DNA of 63,614 bases, counting the filler, from Klebsormidium nitens (lineage: Eukaryota > Plantae > Klebsormidiophyceae), in NCBI GenBank assembly GCA_000708835.1. It is 6 parts of 6 records of this genome, joined end to end, with 100 filler letters (N's around TTAATTAATTAA, not from the genome) between each part and the next. Parts side by side here need not be neighbours in the genome. Positions count along the whole stretch, not along the records: positions 31,117 to 58,951 come from DF237808.1; 5 more parts are not named here. One strand, written 5' to 3'. Both the position numbers and the translations under genes were made by a program. Positions within the stretch are counted from its first letter, which is position 1; each line of letters begins with the position of its first letter. Below are positions 35,755-49,316 of this stretch, piece after piece. The notes beneath the pieces are model-generated. The model was not told the DNA's origin, did not search any database, and worked only from the letters and a program-made list of their open reading frames with translations.

Positions 35755-38466
35755 CTAGACAGACGCAATCTTGCAGATGTCTTCATAATCAATGGCAGGG
35801 AGTGTCCGCCCATCATACTTGCCCCCTTTCAACTGCACCCTCGCTTTAAATTTCTCAGTGTTGATCGCTTCCAGCCGTGCCATCTCCCCTCGGTACGCGC
35901 CATTCACAACTCGGACCAGGCCCCCAATCTGCGGGAGCACCGTCTCCAGCTCCGCCTGGTCTACCTTGAGCACGTCGCCACTATCCACCATCTCGATCTC
36001 GCCTATGTACTTCGCAATCACCGCTTTCACCACTCCTTTCATCTTGTAGTACCCCTTCTCCTTCAGGGCTCGGCTCATAACCTTGACGACGATCCCCGTG
36101 GTCAGCCAATAATCCTTTCGATTGAGACGCTCTTTTGCCCTTTCTTGCTCCTGCATCATCGCGCTCAAGGTGTCCTCCCTCCCCTTCTCCCCACCCTTTG
36201 CAGCCCCGCCTTCCCTCCCACGCCCGCTCGTCTCCGGCGCTCGACTCTCCTCCTCTGCTGCAAAGATGGCCGGCCGGCTGGTCGACGCCTTCTCCGCAGG
36301 TGCTTTCTCCGCCGGTCTCTTCGTACCATTCGACCCGCCCATAGCAAAAGCAATCTTCTCTCCCGTCGCTTCGTCTCGCCGCAACTCTTTCGCGGTCGCC
36401 GCTTCCGCTGCCTCGCCACCGTCAGGTGCGGTTTTTTGCTGCTTGGCCGCCCTTTCCACCTGCGCCAGAAGGTCCCGGTCGTGGCGGTCTTCCTCCGCCA
36501 GCTCCGCCTTCTTGCGCTTCTCTTTCGAGGCCTGCAAGCGGGTCAGACATGAGCGAAACAACGAATCAGCGCTCAGCGGGTAAAAGTGGTCAAGCACGAG
36601 GAGGATTGAATGCGGGGTAATAACCTTGAGATAAACATGAGAATCGGCCCAACCAACATCGACTCTGGACTCTATGTTGTGCCACTCTGTCAAAACGGGC
36701 AGTGAACTTGATGAAAGGCACTTTGGCTGAACATGAAGACCGAACGCAATCATGTACACGGTATTCCGACTGCTGATTTCTTGTGGCCTGAGTCCAGTCA
36801 ACTGAATGAGATACTTCCTCCTCAAACTCTTTCCAAAGCGGGCTTCTGGCAGTCGGTCAAGCACCCCGAAAACGACACGAGGCCCCGCTCAAACCATATG
36901 TCAACTGATCAAGCTACAAACCCCGACCAAACTTCGAGTCGATCGCATTGGCAGCATGACTGTAAGAACGAATAATCCACATTCTGTTCACTGCCTTAAA
37001 GCGTTTTTGGCAATCCAAGATGTATTAATAAACGCGTTATTATCCCAGAACCAGACAAACGCGGTTTCCCTACTGGTGCAATTCCATTTGACGTTCTGGT
37101 TACAGAGTGTCCCAGAGCCCCTCATTTGCTCACCTCGCGCATAATTGTCTCTGGCTCGCGGTCGACATATGTGATGAACCAGCCCTTGGGCGTGTCCTCC
37201 ACCTTGACCTGGCCCGTCTTACCCAGGTACTTGACAAAGTCGCTCAGCGTGAGCCACTTGGTCGAGTTCATGTGCACGTGTTCGCGGTCGTGGATGAACT
37301 CATTGTACACCACTGTCGCAGCAACGCGCGCACGGTGCCTGTAAAACAGCGCCAACAAGCTTTGGATGAGGAAAAGCAGGAGGCTGCCAGTATTTAAGGA
37401 AGCTGACACAAAACGACTCAGGGCTAACAAGATGGCAACACCGGATGCTTACCCACTTGCCTGTTGGACAGCTAGCAGCTTGGAACATCCCATGATTGGA
37501 AGGATTCGACTAATTAAAGTACATCCAGAGGCCTACTTCTTCCAACACCTGTTGCGGTTGAAACGTGTAGAGCCTTACGTGTGCTTCAGATGCTCCATGA
37601 AGCTCTCCTCGAACTGCTCTGAAAAGCTCTCCACGATGTGGTCCGGCGCCTCTCCGAAGATCTGCATTTGGCGCTGATGGCTCTCCGACATGCAGTGGCA
37701 CTGCACAGCAACAAACAAGAGGACAATCTCAACAGCGCCTCTCTCAGAATTGGAGCTTCAGCCTTGAGCCTGGCCCGATCCCCTGCTTACATGGGCACGA
37801 CAAGCGCACAACAGGTCTCCGATTGAAAGACTTTTATTCTTTGCTCTGCAAGCCCTGTCTGCAGAGCCCTACCAAAAGGTCGCTCAATACGACGCTTCAC
37901 AAGTTGACGGTTGTCTCCAAGAAAGCAGAGGCGCCTGAAGTTTCCAGATCTTTGTAAAAGAGGAAAGCCCTACAGGCAGAGTTCTAGATGGTCCATCCTT
38001 ACCTTGAACCCATTCTCGTCTCGGCATTGCTTCTGACACATCTGACAGTACCACCGAAGCTTTTGCAACCCTTTGGCCTGGACAAGACAGCGGAGACCTG
38101 TTAGCAATCTCAATCCGCTTAAAAGCACAATAACCTTTCCCCACATCCACTGCCAGACATAGGCACTTCAATCTGAAGAAAGAAGTGCCAAGAGGGAGAA
38201 CTTTTTCCAGCTTTCAAAAGCAAAAGAACGCAGCTCTCAACAGCAGAAACTTTCTTGAGGAGACAGTCAGCACTAAAACTCTGCTGTTTTTACCAACGAT
38301 CGCAGCTTGGCTTCTGAAAGGAGTCAGCACAGCAATGATGCAGTGCAGGCAATGCGAGAAGCAGAGGCCTTGACTGGAAATACCAGACAAGCACTGGCCT
38401 GTTGATCAAACTGACCTTAATGCGGTTTCCAATCGCCTTGGGCGACATAAAATCGCCTTTCGCCAT
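35755..38466 (-). CDS. KIN17: DNA/RNA-binding protein KIN17; exons 38466-38416, 38077-38003, 37700-37579, 37338-37134, 36531-35755
   Basis: MAKGDFMSPKAIGNRIK/AKGLQKLRWYCQMCQKQCRDENGFK/CHCMSESHQRQM, HVHMNSTKWLTLSDFVKYLG, C-terminal ELETVLPQIGG..YEDICK. Confidence 0.96.
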
Positions 38467-39312
38467 GTTTGCACCCTGAGAATCTTCACCAGCTAGCTAA
38501 CGCTCCGCTGACGATTCAAAAATTGACTACAGAACGTGCGCTCTCCAGCATTTCCTGTGATTAATTAGCGGAATGCTTGAAGCTCGGATAAGCAAGCAAC
38601 CTTGCCTCAACACCCCCCTCTGATGCAAGTCTTTAGCTCTTGTGAATGCTGTGGCGCCCCTCCACGTTGTGCCTCACGTTACACGTATAATGATAATACT
38701 AATAATCATAATAATTCTCGGCTGGTGCCAGCGGCAGAAACTAGGGTTGCATGATGATGCATCATTGCATGACCATTCTGATAAAATATGTTTATAATTA
38801 TACCAGTTGGAATCCATTACGGCCTAGCTATAGGCGCCCCTGTCAGTCGCCTGTGATCAGCATATTCTCTCGTTTTAGGAGACGCCCGGTCACAACAGTC
38901 CTCCGCAGAGTTTCCAGCTGCTCCTGCCTCTCCCGGCCCCAAGATCGAGATATAAGGAGCTATTCATAGATTGGATAATCCCAAAATCGCGTGTCAGGAC
39001 ATACATATCCGAATGATCATATGACAAAGTGAGCTTTATTAATGGAAATGCCTTGGCCCTCCTCCCTCCTCCCTTCTCCATGCAGGCCTTCCAACTTTCA
39101 ACTTCAAGCTCCAAGTTCAACTTCTTGATAATTTTGCATACCGTAATCTTTCTCACCACCTTAGCCTAGCTGGTCCACTCTTGTTGCAGCATGCTAATCT
39201 TCTAGAACGTTGAGGAGGGGGTGGAAGGACTACTTTGCTGTCCACTTTGGAATTGAATGGTGCAGGTGAAGGTGGTGGGGCCCTGGTAGTGCGAAGAATC
39301 CTCTGGTGCGCG

Positions 39313-41493
39313 ATGGAGTGCATTGTTCAGGGGGTGATTGAAATCAAGGCAAGCCTACCGGCCTACCCGTGACTTCTTTCTTTCATTCTGCGCTGATGTG
39401 TTGGAGCTGAACATTCAGTATCACCCGATTCTTCAGACGCATCCCGGCTGCTGTCTTGGTGCTGCGAACACTTTGTAAACATCCCTTATGATCACAGCAT
39501 TTTCTATCAAAGTGACACCATCATAGCCCATTCTTGTCTTCCTTGCTGTCTTGAGCTTGGTTCCTTCGGTACTTCCTTGAACTGAGCAAGTCCTCCCCAG
39601 TGATCATCCCAGATACTTTCTCATTCTTAGTGAATACTGACCAAGCGGTGTCGGCGCCGCTTTCCTTCTCTTCTCCCCGCTGATGGTGGCGCTGTTCTTT
39701 TCGCAGAACGTTCCTGGTTTCCAGACTCTTCTCCAGGGACTTTGCGGCACCTGCTCTAGCCCCGTGCGCTGCCATGAGATTTGCCTCAGGAGCGGGCCAA
39801 ACCTGGGGGCAGTAGAGTCGGAGGTTCGCCTGCTGTGCAACCTCGTGGAAGAAAGCCCCCGCTGGTGAGTGCCCCAGGTTTGCTCGAGGGGTTTTCATAC
39901 AATATTTGACCAAGTTTTTTTGTGGCCTGAGGTGCACCACCTAGTAACTCTCTTCCCTACTCTAGCTCACTCTTTGAAACCAGCGAATCGTTCCTAAGTT
40001 CCAACTCTGTCGCATGTGACCAGCGCCAATGTCACTGGTTGAAATGGCTCAGACCTTTCCCGAGATTGTCGGACTCAAGCTGGCCAGCGGTTCTGATCAT
40101 TCAAACCAACAGAAGCACAAAGCTTCCATTTCGACGGCCTTCCAAATCATTCACACTATTCTCATATCTGCGGTCGCCCCCCCATCCCGCTCCAGGACTG
40201 TCCAGCACATCGGCAGCGCAATGCGTGGGGCCGCCGCCGAACAGCTCCCAGCGGCGGTGCGGACTCTCCTCACGTCAGCCGTCACCGAGAACGCATTGCC
40301 CGTGTTTTTGGCCCTCGGGTACCGCGTCGACTACGAGCTGCTCAAGGAGGGGGTCACCTTCTGCTGCGTGCGCCAGGGGGTCCCTCTTGATGTTAGCGTC
40401 CTCACAATCTCGAAAGTGAGGCGCTTTCCGCCCCAGTTCCAGGATTGTCTCAGCCGACCAATGCAGACGTGCCCATTCGTCCTCAAAAGATGATTGCGGA
40501 GCTGCCTGTTTGGGAATCTTTAAGTAACCTCACCTCTCGTTTTTTTGGCTTCATTCTCGCACGACTTGATTTGGTCAGCAAATTCTTTCTTGAACAAACA
40601 ATGTGGTCAGAAAAGGTGTTGCTTCAGGATCAGATGTCTTTCTCCACTTCAACATTAGCCATATTAGCAACTCCCCCGCAGCAATTCGTCCAAGCAAGTG
40701 TGTTACGGGCCCTAGTACCCCTCAGGTAGTACCCTCTCAATAAGATCCATTGAACTTCACCACTTCTATATAAGAGTTCGCTGGTACAAGCAACGACTCC
40801 CTCGTGCCTGCGCAGCTTCCCGTCCTGCACGACCTCTCCCAGGCCGTCCCCCTCACCCCCGGCCTCCAGTTGGTCCAAGTCACCGGCCCGGCAGCCCCCG
40901 GCAAGTTTGCAGAGCCGGCCGCAGCAATCGCCGGCCTCGCAGAACACGTGGTCCAGTGAGCACCGGCCTCTGCCCATCGTTTTTCGCAAAAGCTGCCCGT
41001 ATGGTTCGCTGTCCGTCTCAAGTATCTGCTCCAGCTGATGACGTCCGTTTCAGGGATCTTGCAGTGGCTTCTGTTGCTTAAAGGCGTCCAGAATTTGCCG
41101 TATGGTCTGCCACTGTCTCAAGTATTTGTCGGATAAGATTCCCTTCAGATCGGATCAGCAACTCATGTTCCTGCCTGCTCCTTTGAACATGGTTTTTCCG
41201 GTTCGTAACCGGATGTTGGCTTCAGCAAATCCGGGTTTGGGTCCATAAACAGCATCGACACATCCCTCGCACTGCAAATCACCTCATGGATTCAAGTTTT
41301 GTGCAGCAGAAAAGCTTTACGTTTTGCATCGAAGCAAGTCTCTTGTCGTGAGCAATTTCACAGCCGGCCAGCTGAAGGAGCACCCCATCTTCACTGAGGT
41401 CAGAATCCCTATTCGTCCAGGTATGTGCGCCTCTCAAAGCCTGGCGTGTTGGCTGGCTTCCCGCCAGCTCAAAATCCAGCCGGGGGCGCTTAA
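39313..41493 (+). CDS. MED18: Mediator subunit 18; exons 39313-39348, 39707-39864, 40196-40415, 40816-40955, 41421-41493
   Basis: MECIVQGVIEIK/NVPGFQTLLQGLCG..HEICLRSGPNLG..EVRLLC/WTVQHIGSAMRGAAAEQ..LGYRVDYELL/TPGLQLVQVT/YVRLSKPGV match plant MED18; all phases join. Confidence 0.93.
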
Positions 41494-43480
41494 TGACCTC
41501 CGCGGGTTGCAACCTGGAGTGACGCCACTCCACTCAGGAATGACATACGCGGACGAGTGCAGTCAAAGGCGGACCCGTGTACTGCTCAATGCACGTCGGG
41601 CGGGCTCCCCTGATTGTACCCCTCCACAACCATCTTTGGCACACTGCCAGAGTGACCAACGTGCGAAGTCAAATTATGCGCACGAGCGGAACATGAAGTC
41701 TTGCTATGACGTTCAAAATCTGGTCGAGCAGGGGAAGAGGAAGCGTTTACGCAGGGAGATTGGGGAAAGCGATGACGACAAGGGTGCGTTGGTGGCATAG
41801 ATCCAAAATCCGTGTCCTAATCTGCCAATGCTAGCCCACATTGGCTAACGGTCTGAGGTTGCTTGACGAGGGTGGCGATGACCACTGTTCAACAGATTGA
41901 TGCTCACGAGAAACGAACTGCTCTGCCGCGAAAGAGTAAAGTACAATGGTTGTCGAAAAAGTATTGGCTGGATTGTCCTGCTTTTGTATACTCGAGCTGT
42001 GAAAAAAGAAGGAACGGATGGAAGACAACATCGAAACGAAAAACTATATTCGTCAAGGCAGATGCAGCTCAGCTACTACACGTGTACTACACGGTAATGA
42101 TATAAGATGACCTCCGCCGGCTGCATCATTGGGAGAAACCACATAATTGCCCGGAAAACTTTCTGAGTAGTGACTGATGCTATCTGCAGGCGGGAAAAAC
42201 TCGATCAGGTGATCCGACGGACTTGAAACTGAGTGGCCGTTTCTTGGCAAGCTAATATCTGGCCTTCCCCAATCGTGCTGCTTGCAATGTCCGTTGCTGA
42301 TTATGATTCAGGACGCGGTCACTGGCCATGCCGGCGGTCCCTGGCCCATGAACATGCAGATCATGACAGTACATACATGTGATGGAATTACACTGAAAGC
42401 TTATAGCCCCTGAAGATCTGCCAGGAATTTGGGCCCGGCCATGATACATATAAATCTGGCTCAGTAGATCGCTAGCTAGAATCATGCCATGCAGTTGCAG
42501 TGGCCGGTTCGATTGATACCGCGAGCTCGTAGATCGTAGAATCTGCATCAATGTGGGCGGCGGCAGATGTTAGAATGATCATGTTCATTTCATACATGGA
42601 GACGTACAATTTTCACGTAATTTTGCAAGTGGATGCGGGCCAGGCCCGAAACAAGACATTGCTTTAATCGTGCGTATGAAATCTAACTTACTTAATTCGT
42701 GATATCGACAAACTTGAAAGCACTGTCGGAGGCTGAGTCTAGGTAGATATGGCAATTGCAATGCATGCATCATTTGATATTGGCGCAAGTGATATATATT
42801 GCTACACAATTGCACTCATGGTGCGCGACGAGTTGGAGAACGTGCATGAATATGTTCATGCATGGTGCGTAATATGCAAATTATCTACGCACATGACCTT
42901 TAACCTTGATGCGAGGTATCCAATTTGAAATCAACGAATTGCCATGGCCCTGAGAATGATCTAAGTGGCTCGCAAAGTTTTGCTAACACGTTCGTTTGAA
43001 GCCCACTGAAGGATGCGAATGTAGCCTATCTCTGAATTCTGCGTTTCTTAACCTACATTTAGCAACTGCATTGTGAAAAAGTTCGTTCAATCGAGTCTGA
43101 AACCATAGCCCGCGCGGTATGATGACCCTCGATCTCGACATGACTGCCTCGCCTAGCCCAGCTCTTCTTACCACTCATCTATTGACTACTGAACTGGCGG
43201 CACACCGGCACTCAATTCTAGGACAGTATGTCACGTAACAAGAAGGTAGCTAGCATGCCGCCCGGGCTGCCTGGCACATGTCTACTCAGTTCAATACGAT
43301 ATCGCATCCGGCCAGGCTCGTACGTATTCGGCCGGCGTTGTTGTAGAAGAGATACTACCCAATTGGGTGCAAGATACGCAATCTCGTCGACATACCCAGA
43401 ACGAGCTTTAAGCATTGTGGTCGCTCGCATGGTAGGGGAACGATTAAGCACGAGCTTAAGATTGACCGACGACGTGGCAC

Positions 43481-46400
43481 TCAAATTTGCGTCCAGTAAC
43501 TTGTGTTCCCATCGAGCTTTGTTCGTTTTGCTGGCGGTGCAAGCTGCTGCCCATTCGACCCGTTTGCTACGGCTCCTACAAACCCCGCCTGCCGTGCATG
43601 GAAAAACGTGCAGTTTTCGCCCTTGTGACAACCCTGCGGCGTGTTGAAATACAGGCACAACTTCTTATCCCGCATGTTTTCCGGACGCCCGCCATGCCGC
43701 TCGCCCCGTCCACCCCCCTTCGGTCCGCGCGTTTCCCACACTCCCCTATTTGGTGTGGGTGACGTGTTATGAAACTGCAGAGGCGGGCCCCTCGGGGCCC
43801 CGTTCGCCGGCCGCCACTCCCCCTGCGGCTGCAGCGGCCGTTGCGAGGCTGGAAACGCATGTGGGGAGAACCCGGGCAACGGAGGAGGCCTCGGTTGATC
43901 GAACCGAGGGCGCTCCTGTGGGGGCCACCCGGGCGGTCCCCCTAGAGGCGGTCGGGGAGTGGCGTGGGGGGGTAACGGCGGCCGAGGTCCTGCCGGCGGA
44001 TGAGGCGCGGCGCCCTGGGGGTGTGGAGGGCGACCGGGAGGGAGGGGGGCTGGGCCGGGAGGTGGCCGGGGAGGGCCGGGGGCGAGCTCCGCTAGGTGAT
44101 TGGGAGGCAGGACAGGAGGGGGCGGTCGGGGCTGGTGGCCGGGCTGAGGCGGGGCCGTCCCGGGGAGTGGCGGTCTCAATCCCTGCCCTAAGTTTCCGAG
44201 GATGCCTGCCAGCTGCTCGAGCGCCTGGTTGGGGTTGCCCACGGGCCCGTCCTTCTTGGCCACGAGCTGCAGCAGGGCCGGGTTGCTCAGCAGGTCAAGA
44301 AGTGCCCGATTGTCCAAACCGGGGGGGAGCTGGGTCGGAGGGCCATCCGAGCTAGTGCTCGGGGCTGGTGCGGAGGCAGTCTGGGGACTTGGAGCCACGC
44401 TGTAGGGGGGTGGAAAAGGCGGGGGAGGAGGCAGGGTGGAGGGGGGGGCGCTAGAGGGGGGGTGGACTTGGGGCGCTGCTTCGGGTCGGCCAATCCCTGC
44501 AAAGATGGAGAAGGGCAGTCACTCACTGGTAACCTTGTTGTACAACTTGCGAAGAACCATCGTCGGCTTAAACCCCCTGCTGAACGAGCCTTTCACAAGG
44601 CTTAAGAGACAAGCGAGAACGCATCTTCAATCACGACGATATTATGGGGCTTGGCAAGAGCTGAAAGCCCACGCGATTTTGCAGATCGCACGGGAAGACG
44701 CAGGGACCTACGTCCTTCGCGAAAAGCCACTACAAAGAGCGCCGATTGCTTTGCTTTACGACCTGGCCTGGGCATGTCCCTGGCAAGAGAGTGCCCTTCA
44801 CTGTGCGGGGTGATGGTTGCGAGCATCCCCAAATCGAAGGCATTCTTTTGGAAAACGAAGGCGATGAGCACTGGGGACCAATGGAACGAGGCAGGGACCC
44901 AGGAGACAAACGGTTGGCAGGAAAAGCCTTCAGAGCAGAAGTCAAACAAACGGTGCACGTGGACGCTGATATATGCCGTGTATTCTGTCGTTCTGTATTT
45001 CGTGTACTCTGTCGTTCAGTTCTTTTGCGACTCGGACGACCAACCTGGGGCACCGTTCAGACTCGATTTCAAAAGCAGAGGGTTGTTGTACGAGGAGTGT
45101 CGGAGCCGGCCCAATTTCAAGAGCATACGAAGTGAACATGCGCGCCAGACCAATGGAAAAATGAATCAGGGGAGCATAAGTACCTGGCGGGGGCGGGGGC
45201 GGGGGCGGCGGCGCTTGGACCCCCGAGTGCGCAGCCGGGATGTCCTCCTCCATGAGCACCGCCTCGTCGTCCACCGGCATGAGCGGAATCAGCGGAATGG
45301 TGGAGTCGTTCTGTGGCGGAGGAGTGGGGCTTTCCGGCTCCGCAGGGCTGCAAGAGAAAAGTGTCCGCGTTGGATTCATAATTCAAACTAAGCCTCAGCT
45401 TTTCGAACGAGGGAATACTGGAATACATGAAAGAATGAACAAGCTGTTTGCGAAAACAGCAGTTTCGTAGACGGTCAGAGCACTGCGGTTGCAAACTAAG
45501 CAAAGCGACCACCTTGTAGACTTTGCTTAAGTTGATGAGCCTGGTTAGGGCGACTCGTCAAAAAAACCTCAACCCTGATCTACCTTAGGGTTGAGAACGC
45601 GTTAAGGCTTCGTGATCTACATCCTGTTACTCGTCCGTCGCCTTGACAGTGTTCGAATGAGTGGCTAGCGATCCAACGTCAATCTTTCAAGGTTCACGAA
45701 GCAGCGAGTAATCGGGACATGGCAACTTGCAGGAGTGTTCTTGGTGCTCTACCCATGACAATCGTCAACTAAAAGCGTCGATAAGGTTTGCATTTGCTGG
45801 GCGCTATGCACAGGCTAACTTCTCAGCAATGGTTATGGAGAAGGCACTCGAACTTCGATTTGGGACGCAGATGCGTCGTTGCAAATTGAAGGTCTGTGTA
45901 CACTTCGAGAACGAAGGTGGCAAGCCTTCAATCCTTCTCGGTTCTTCGCGGTTTCAGAGCTGACCCAGGACATCTTGGCTTTGACATATAGAGAACTTCG
46001 ATTATCCACCAAATCCGCTAGTTTGGCTTCAATTCTCAATCTTCGAAACGATGTACAGCAAAACTTTAACGGTATAACCGCGGTCTCGTCGAAATGAACT
46101 ACCTGATGCATCATTCACTTCAATCTGATTGCAGTACACGTATGGTGTAATAAAAAATCACAACATGATAATGCACACCGTCGTTTATTTTCGATGATCA
46201 TCCGTCACCCAAGCAGCTTGGGGGATCGTGCGCAACATGTGATACACTTGTTCACGTCTATTGGCTTCCTTTCTGTACCGTGGGGGCAGCGAGTACCTGA
46301 AACTTACGAAGGGAAGACGAACTCCGCTATTACTCACCTGTTTGGGATGGCTGACCCGTGCAAGTAGATGGCCTCGAGCGTCCCCCGCATGCGGCTGTCC

Positions 46401-48543
46401 TGCGCCGCGCGCTCGCTGCTCTCGTCGCCAGCTGGCACCTGCCACTCGGGATTCAAAGTCACCTGCACGTGGAAAGGACCTTACGTCACCAACAAAGGAG
46501 ACTTGCCAGCACAACGCACGAGGGAAGCTGTCAGGGAACAGAGGGACAAGGTTTGCGGCAAGGCTTGATAATCTCATGCACGATGCTGCTTTCTTACATG
46601 AGACTGTTTGAGAGTTTGACAGGATCTTTGTTCGATGTGCTAATTACAATCTGCATTGTATCAACCGATGACATTTAAAAGAGAAAGGAATGTATATTAT
46701 GCCAGTCGAGATTGTGTTGATCAGTGCTTCAGATGAGTCTTTGATGCTGGACAACTGCCTTCTGAAGGGATCAGAATCGAAATCACGGAACCACGTACAG
46801 CTATCTGGTGAAAGTGACAGTTAATTCGGAAGTAGAGTTGAGCACGACATCAGGGTCCAGACAAGAGCTGACAAACAAAAGCTCCAGATAGCTTTATTCC
46901 CAGGGATAGAATAAGCAGAACGCCAAGCAATTTTGCGACCATAGTTGCAGAAAGATAAACTCAATTCTTTGAGGTGCAGAAAGCATCAGGAACAGCCAAC
47001 AACCAACTTCGAACCATCCAACTTAGATTTGAACACCACAAAGACGAGATGATGTTTAGGAGAACCCACCTTTGGCGGTGGTCGCCATGCAAGCGAGGGC
47101 CGCATCGCCTCAATCGCTTGCCGGGAGGCATGCCCCACTCGTCCGGGACGCTGCCGCTTTGGCAGGGCCGCCTCCGTGCGCGCTGCCGCCTCCACTTGGA
47201 CGGCCAGTTGGTCTGACCGGCTGCGCTCAGCTGCGGCATGGGGGGCGTCGGCAGCAGAAAACACACGTACCTGCAGGTGGTGGGAGATGGAGTTTCATGT
47301 TCTGGGGGGGAAGCACAGGGGCATATGTCCAATTTGTATGAGGTTGGTGGGGTACATGTGTTTGAGGCAGAGTATGGCCAGAGGAAGGATAAAGTGTCTT
47401 AAAAAAGGTCTTACAGAGGCAAGTTCGTGTCTTCACCGACGAGGACTGAGGACTCAGGACAGGGATCAGCAAAATTAGTGCTCCAGGGGCTCAGGACTGG
47501 GGTTTAGGGGACAACAACAGTTGAAGGGGCTGCAGGGCAAGGCCCTGATGGCCCCGAATGAAGGGCTTCTACAGGCACAGTCTTCTCGTGCAAGAGGTCT
47601 TAGAACTCAAACAATGGCTCTCACAAGTGGCTGGACATGCTCCCAAAGTGGGGAGAAACCTCCACAAGAAGCTCAACTGGCCACTTGCACCCAGTCTCTT
47701 CAAGAGGCGATGTGTGGTTCAACATGCTGGGATTGTATAGACCAGCTAGGTAGGTACTACAGATCACCGTGAATGCAGCCGTTGCACTGCAGCTTAAATA
47801 TGCAGTAGTTGCTATTATTTTGCTGTTCGACTTATGATTGGGGAGGTGCCCATGCCTGTTGACAATGGTTGTTCCAGCTTGCACATGAGTGAACCAGGTT
47901 TTGTGCTTCCGAAGTTCAGGTTCCTGTGCTGTTTGAGTCTTCCTTCTTAAACCAGTTGCTTTTCCTGGTGCATGACGGTTTTCAGCAAGTTCCTCATGTT
48001 CAGCTGGTTGATCATCAATTCCTACAGCAAATTTCTGTGAAGGACGCAGGAACCTAGGCTCACTTGTTAAAACCCTTGCTTTCTTAATATGGGGTGGTCC
48101 TAAAATGTCCTGCCAGAAAAAACATTCATGGATTTTGGGTCTCCCTCTAAACAAGGCAGACAGCAAAAGTACCTTCGGCCCATTGCTATTGAGACATGCA
48201 GCTGCGCATCTTAAATGAGCATTCACATATTGCGCTGTTCATGCGAAAGTTCCAAAGCTCAAGGCAAAACAGCTTCAAATTTCCTCGGAGTGCACCATGT
48301 GTAGGACTTCCAAGCAGTGTCTGGTCTGTGAAGGTCCTCATGAATATGCTGCCATCACAGAGGACTCGTGTTAGTTATCTCTCGCAGGTGGACTGATGTC
48401 ACAGCTGCTATTACCTGTGTAAGATGTGGATCAGGCGCCCATGACACTTTCTTCCGTCGGCCTGTTGGCCTTTCTGCTGACACTGCTATTACTGGGTTCC
48501 AGACATCCCTGGTCGGAAGAATTCGTTCAACAGTTGCTGCCAT
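43481..48543 (-). CDS. PNUTS-like / Arabidopsis C3H6-like CCCH zinc-finger protein; exons 48543-48415, 47270-47070, 46462-46338, 45347-45184, a probable small exon near 44527-44566, and 44399-43481
   Basis: RRKKVSWAPDPHLTQ/VRVFSAADAP, WRPPPK/VTLNPEWQVPAGDES..LEAIY..IPNSPAEP..IPLIP, LLSNPALL, C-x8-C-x5-C-x3-H (CLYFNTPQGCHKGENCTFFH); true start codon uncertain. Confidence 0.82.
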
Positions 48544-49316
48544 GTCTATTTTTGAAGACGGCTACACACACAAGCCTAACTATGTGGTCACAAACCAAGA
48601 CTTGGTCATCAGGAATGCGTGGGCCATGCATGAGCTGGTATTGTGAACTCTTTCTGCAGAATCGCAACGGTTCCTCATCAAAGGGGCAAATTTCTTTCAC
48701 CCTCTGGTCGACATCTGCAAACACGACAAGCACATGATGCAAGGAGTCCCTTGTCTTATGTAGTAATCTCTGCCACAGCTAAGAACGTAACAATCTCTGC
48801 TACAGCTAAGCTCCAAGTCTTAGAGTGGCGCCATGCCTTCCTGGCCCTGCAAATTGCTGCAATCTTCTGAGCGCTCTGCAAGTTCCAACTCCTGCAGCTC
48901 GACTTTGAATGCTTCTTCCGCAATCTTACTGTACCAGATGAGCTTTAGTTTTGTACCTCAGCAAGTTTGTGAAAGGATTTCCATAGCTTATCATTATAGT
49001 CGTGTTCCTTCACAACAGGTAGGTAGGTATTTCAAGCTGCAAAATAGCTTATAAGCTCGTTGAAGCGGTGCCGGCGAGGAGATAGCCTATAGACGACCAC
49101 GGCAAAGAGACGTCCCATATGATGAGTCTGCAGACCGACGGCGAAGTCACTACCAACCAACAACCAAGTGTGGGCGCCGGCAGAGGTGGCGTATGAGGAG
49201 GCGGCCAGCCAGGCGAGGGGGCCACAAGATACAGGACTCGGAGTGAGGCGTAGGGAAAGGGTGTTAAAAGAGGAGGTTTCGATCAGAAGTTCGTTTGAGG
49301 GCTTCCTGAGGGCATC

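Noticed and set aside
35728-36583. Plus-strand ORFs of 274 and 153 aa
   Set aside because: Antisense shadows of the last KIN17 exon
38890-39940. Minus-strand ORFs first read as retroelement remnants
   Set aside because: 39521..39940 overlaps MED18 exon 2 on the plus strand; no RT or gag motif could be confirmed in the rest
47621-48226. 201-aa minus-strand ORF inside intron 1 of the CCCH gene
   Set aside because: Homology joins 48415 directly to 47270; no recognisable domain
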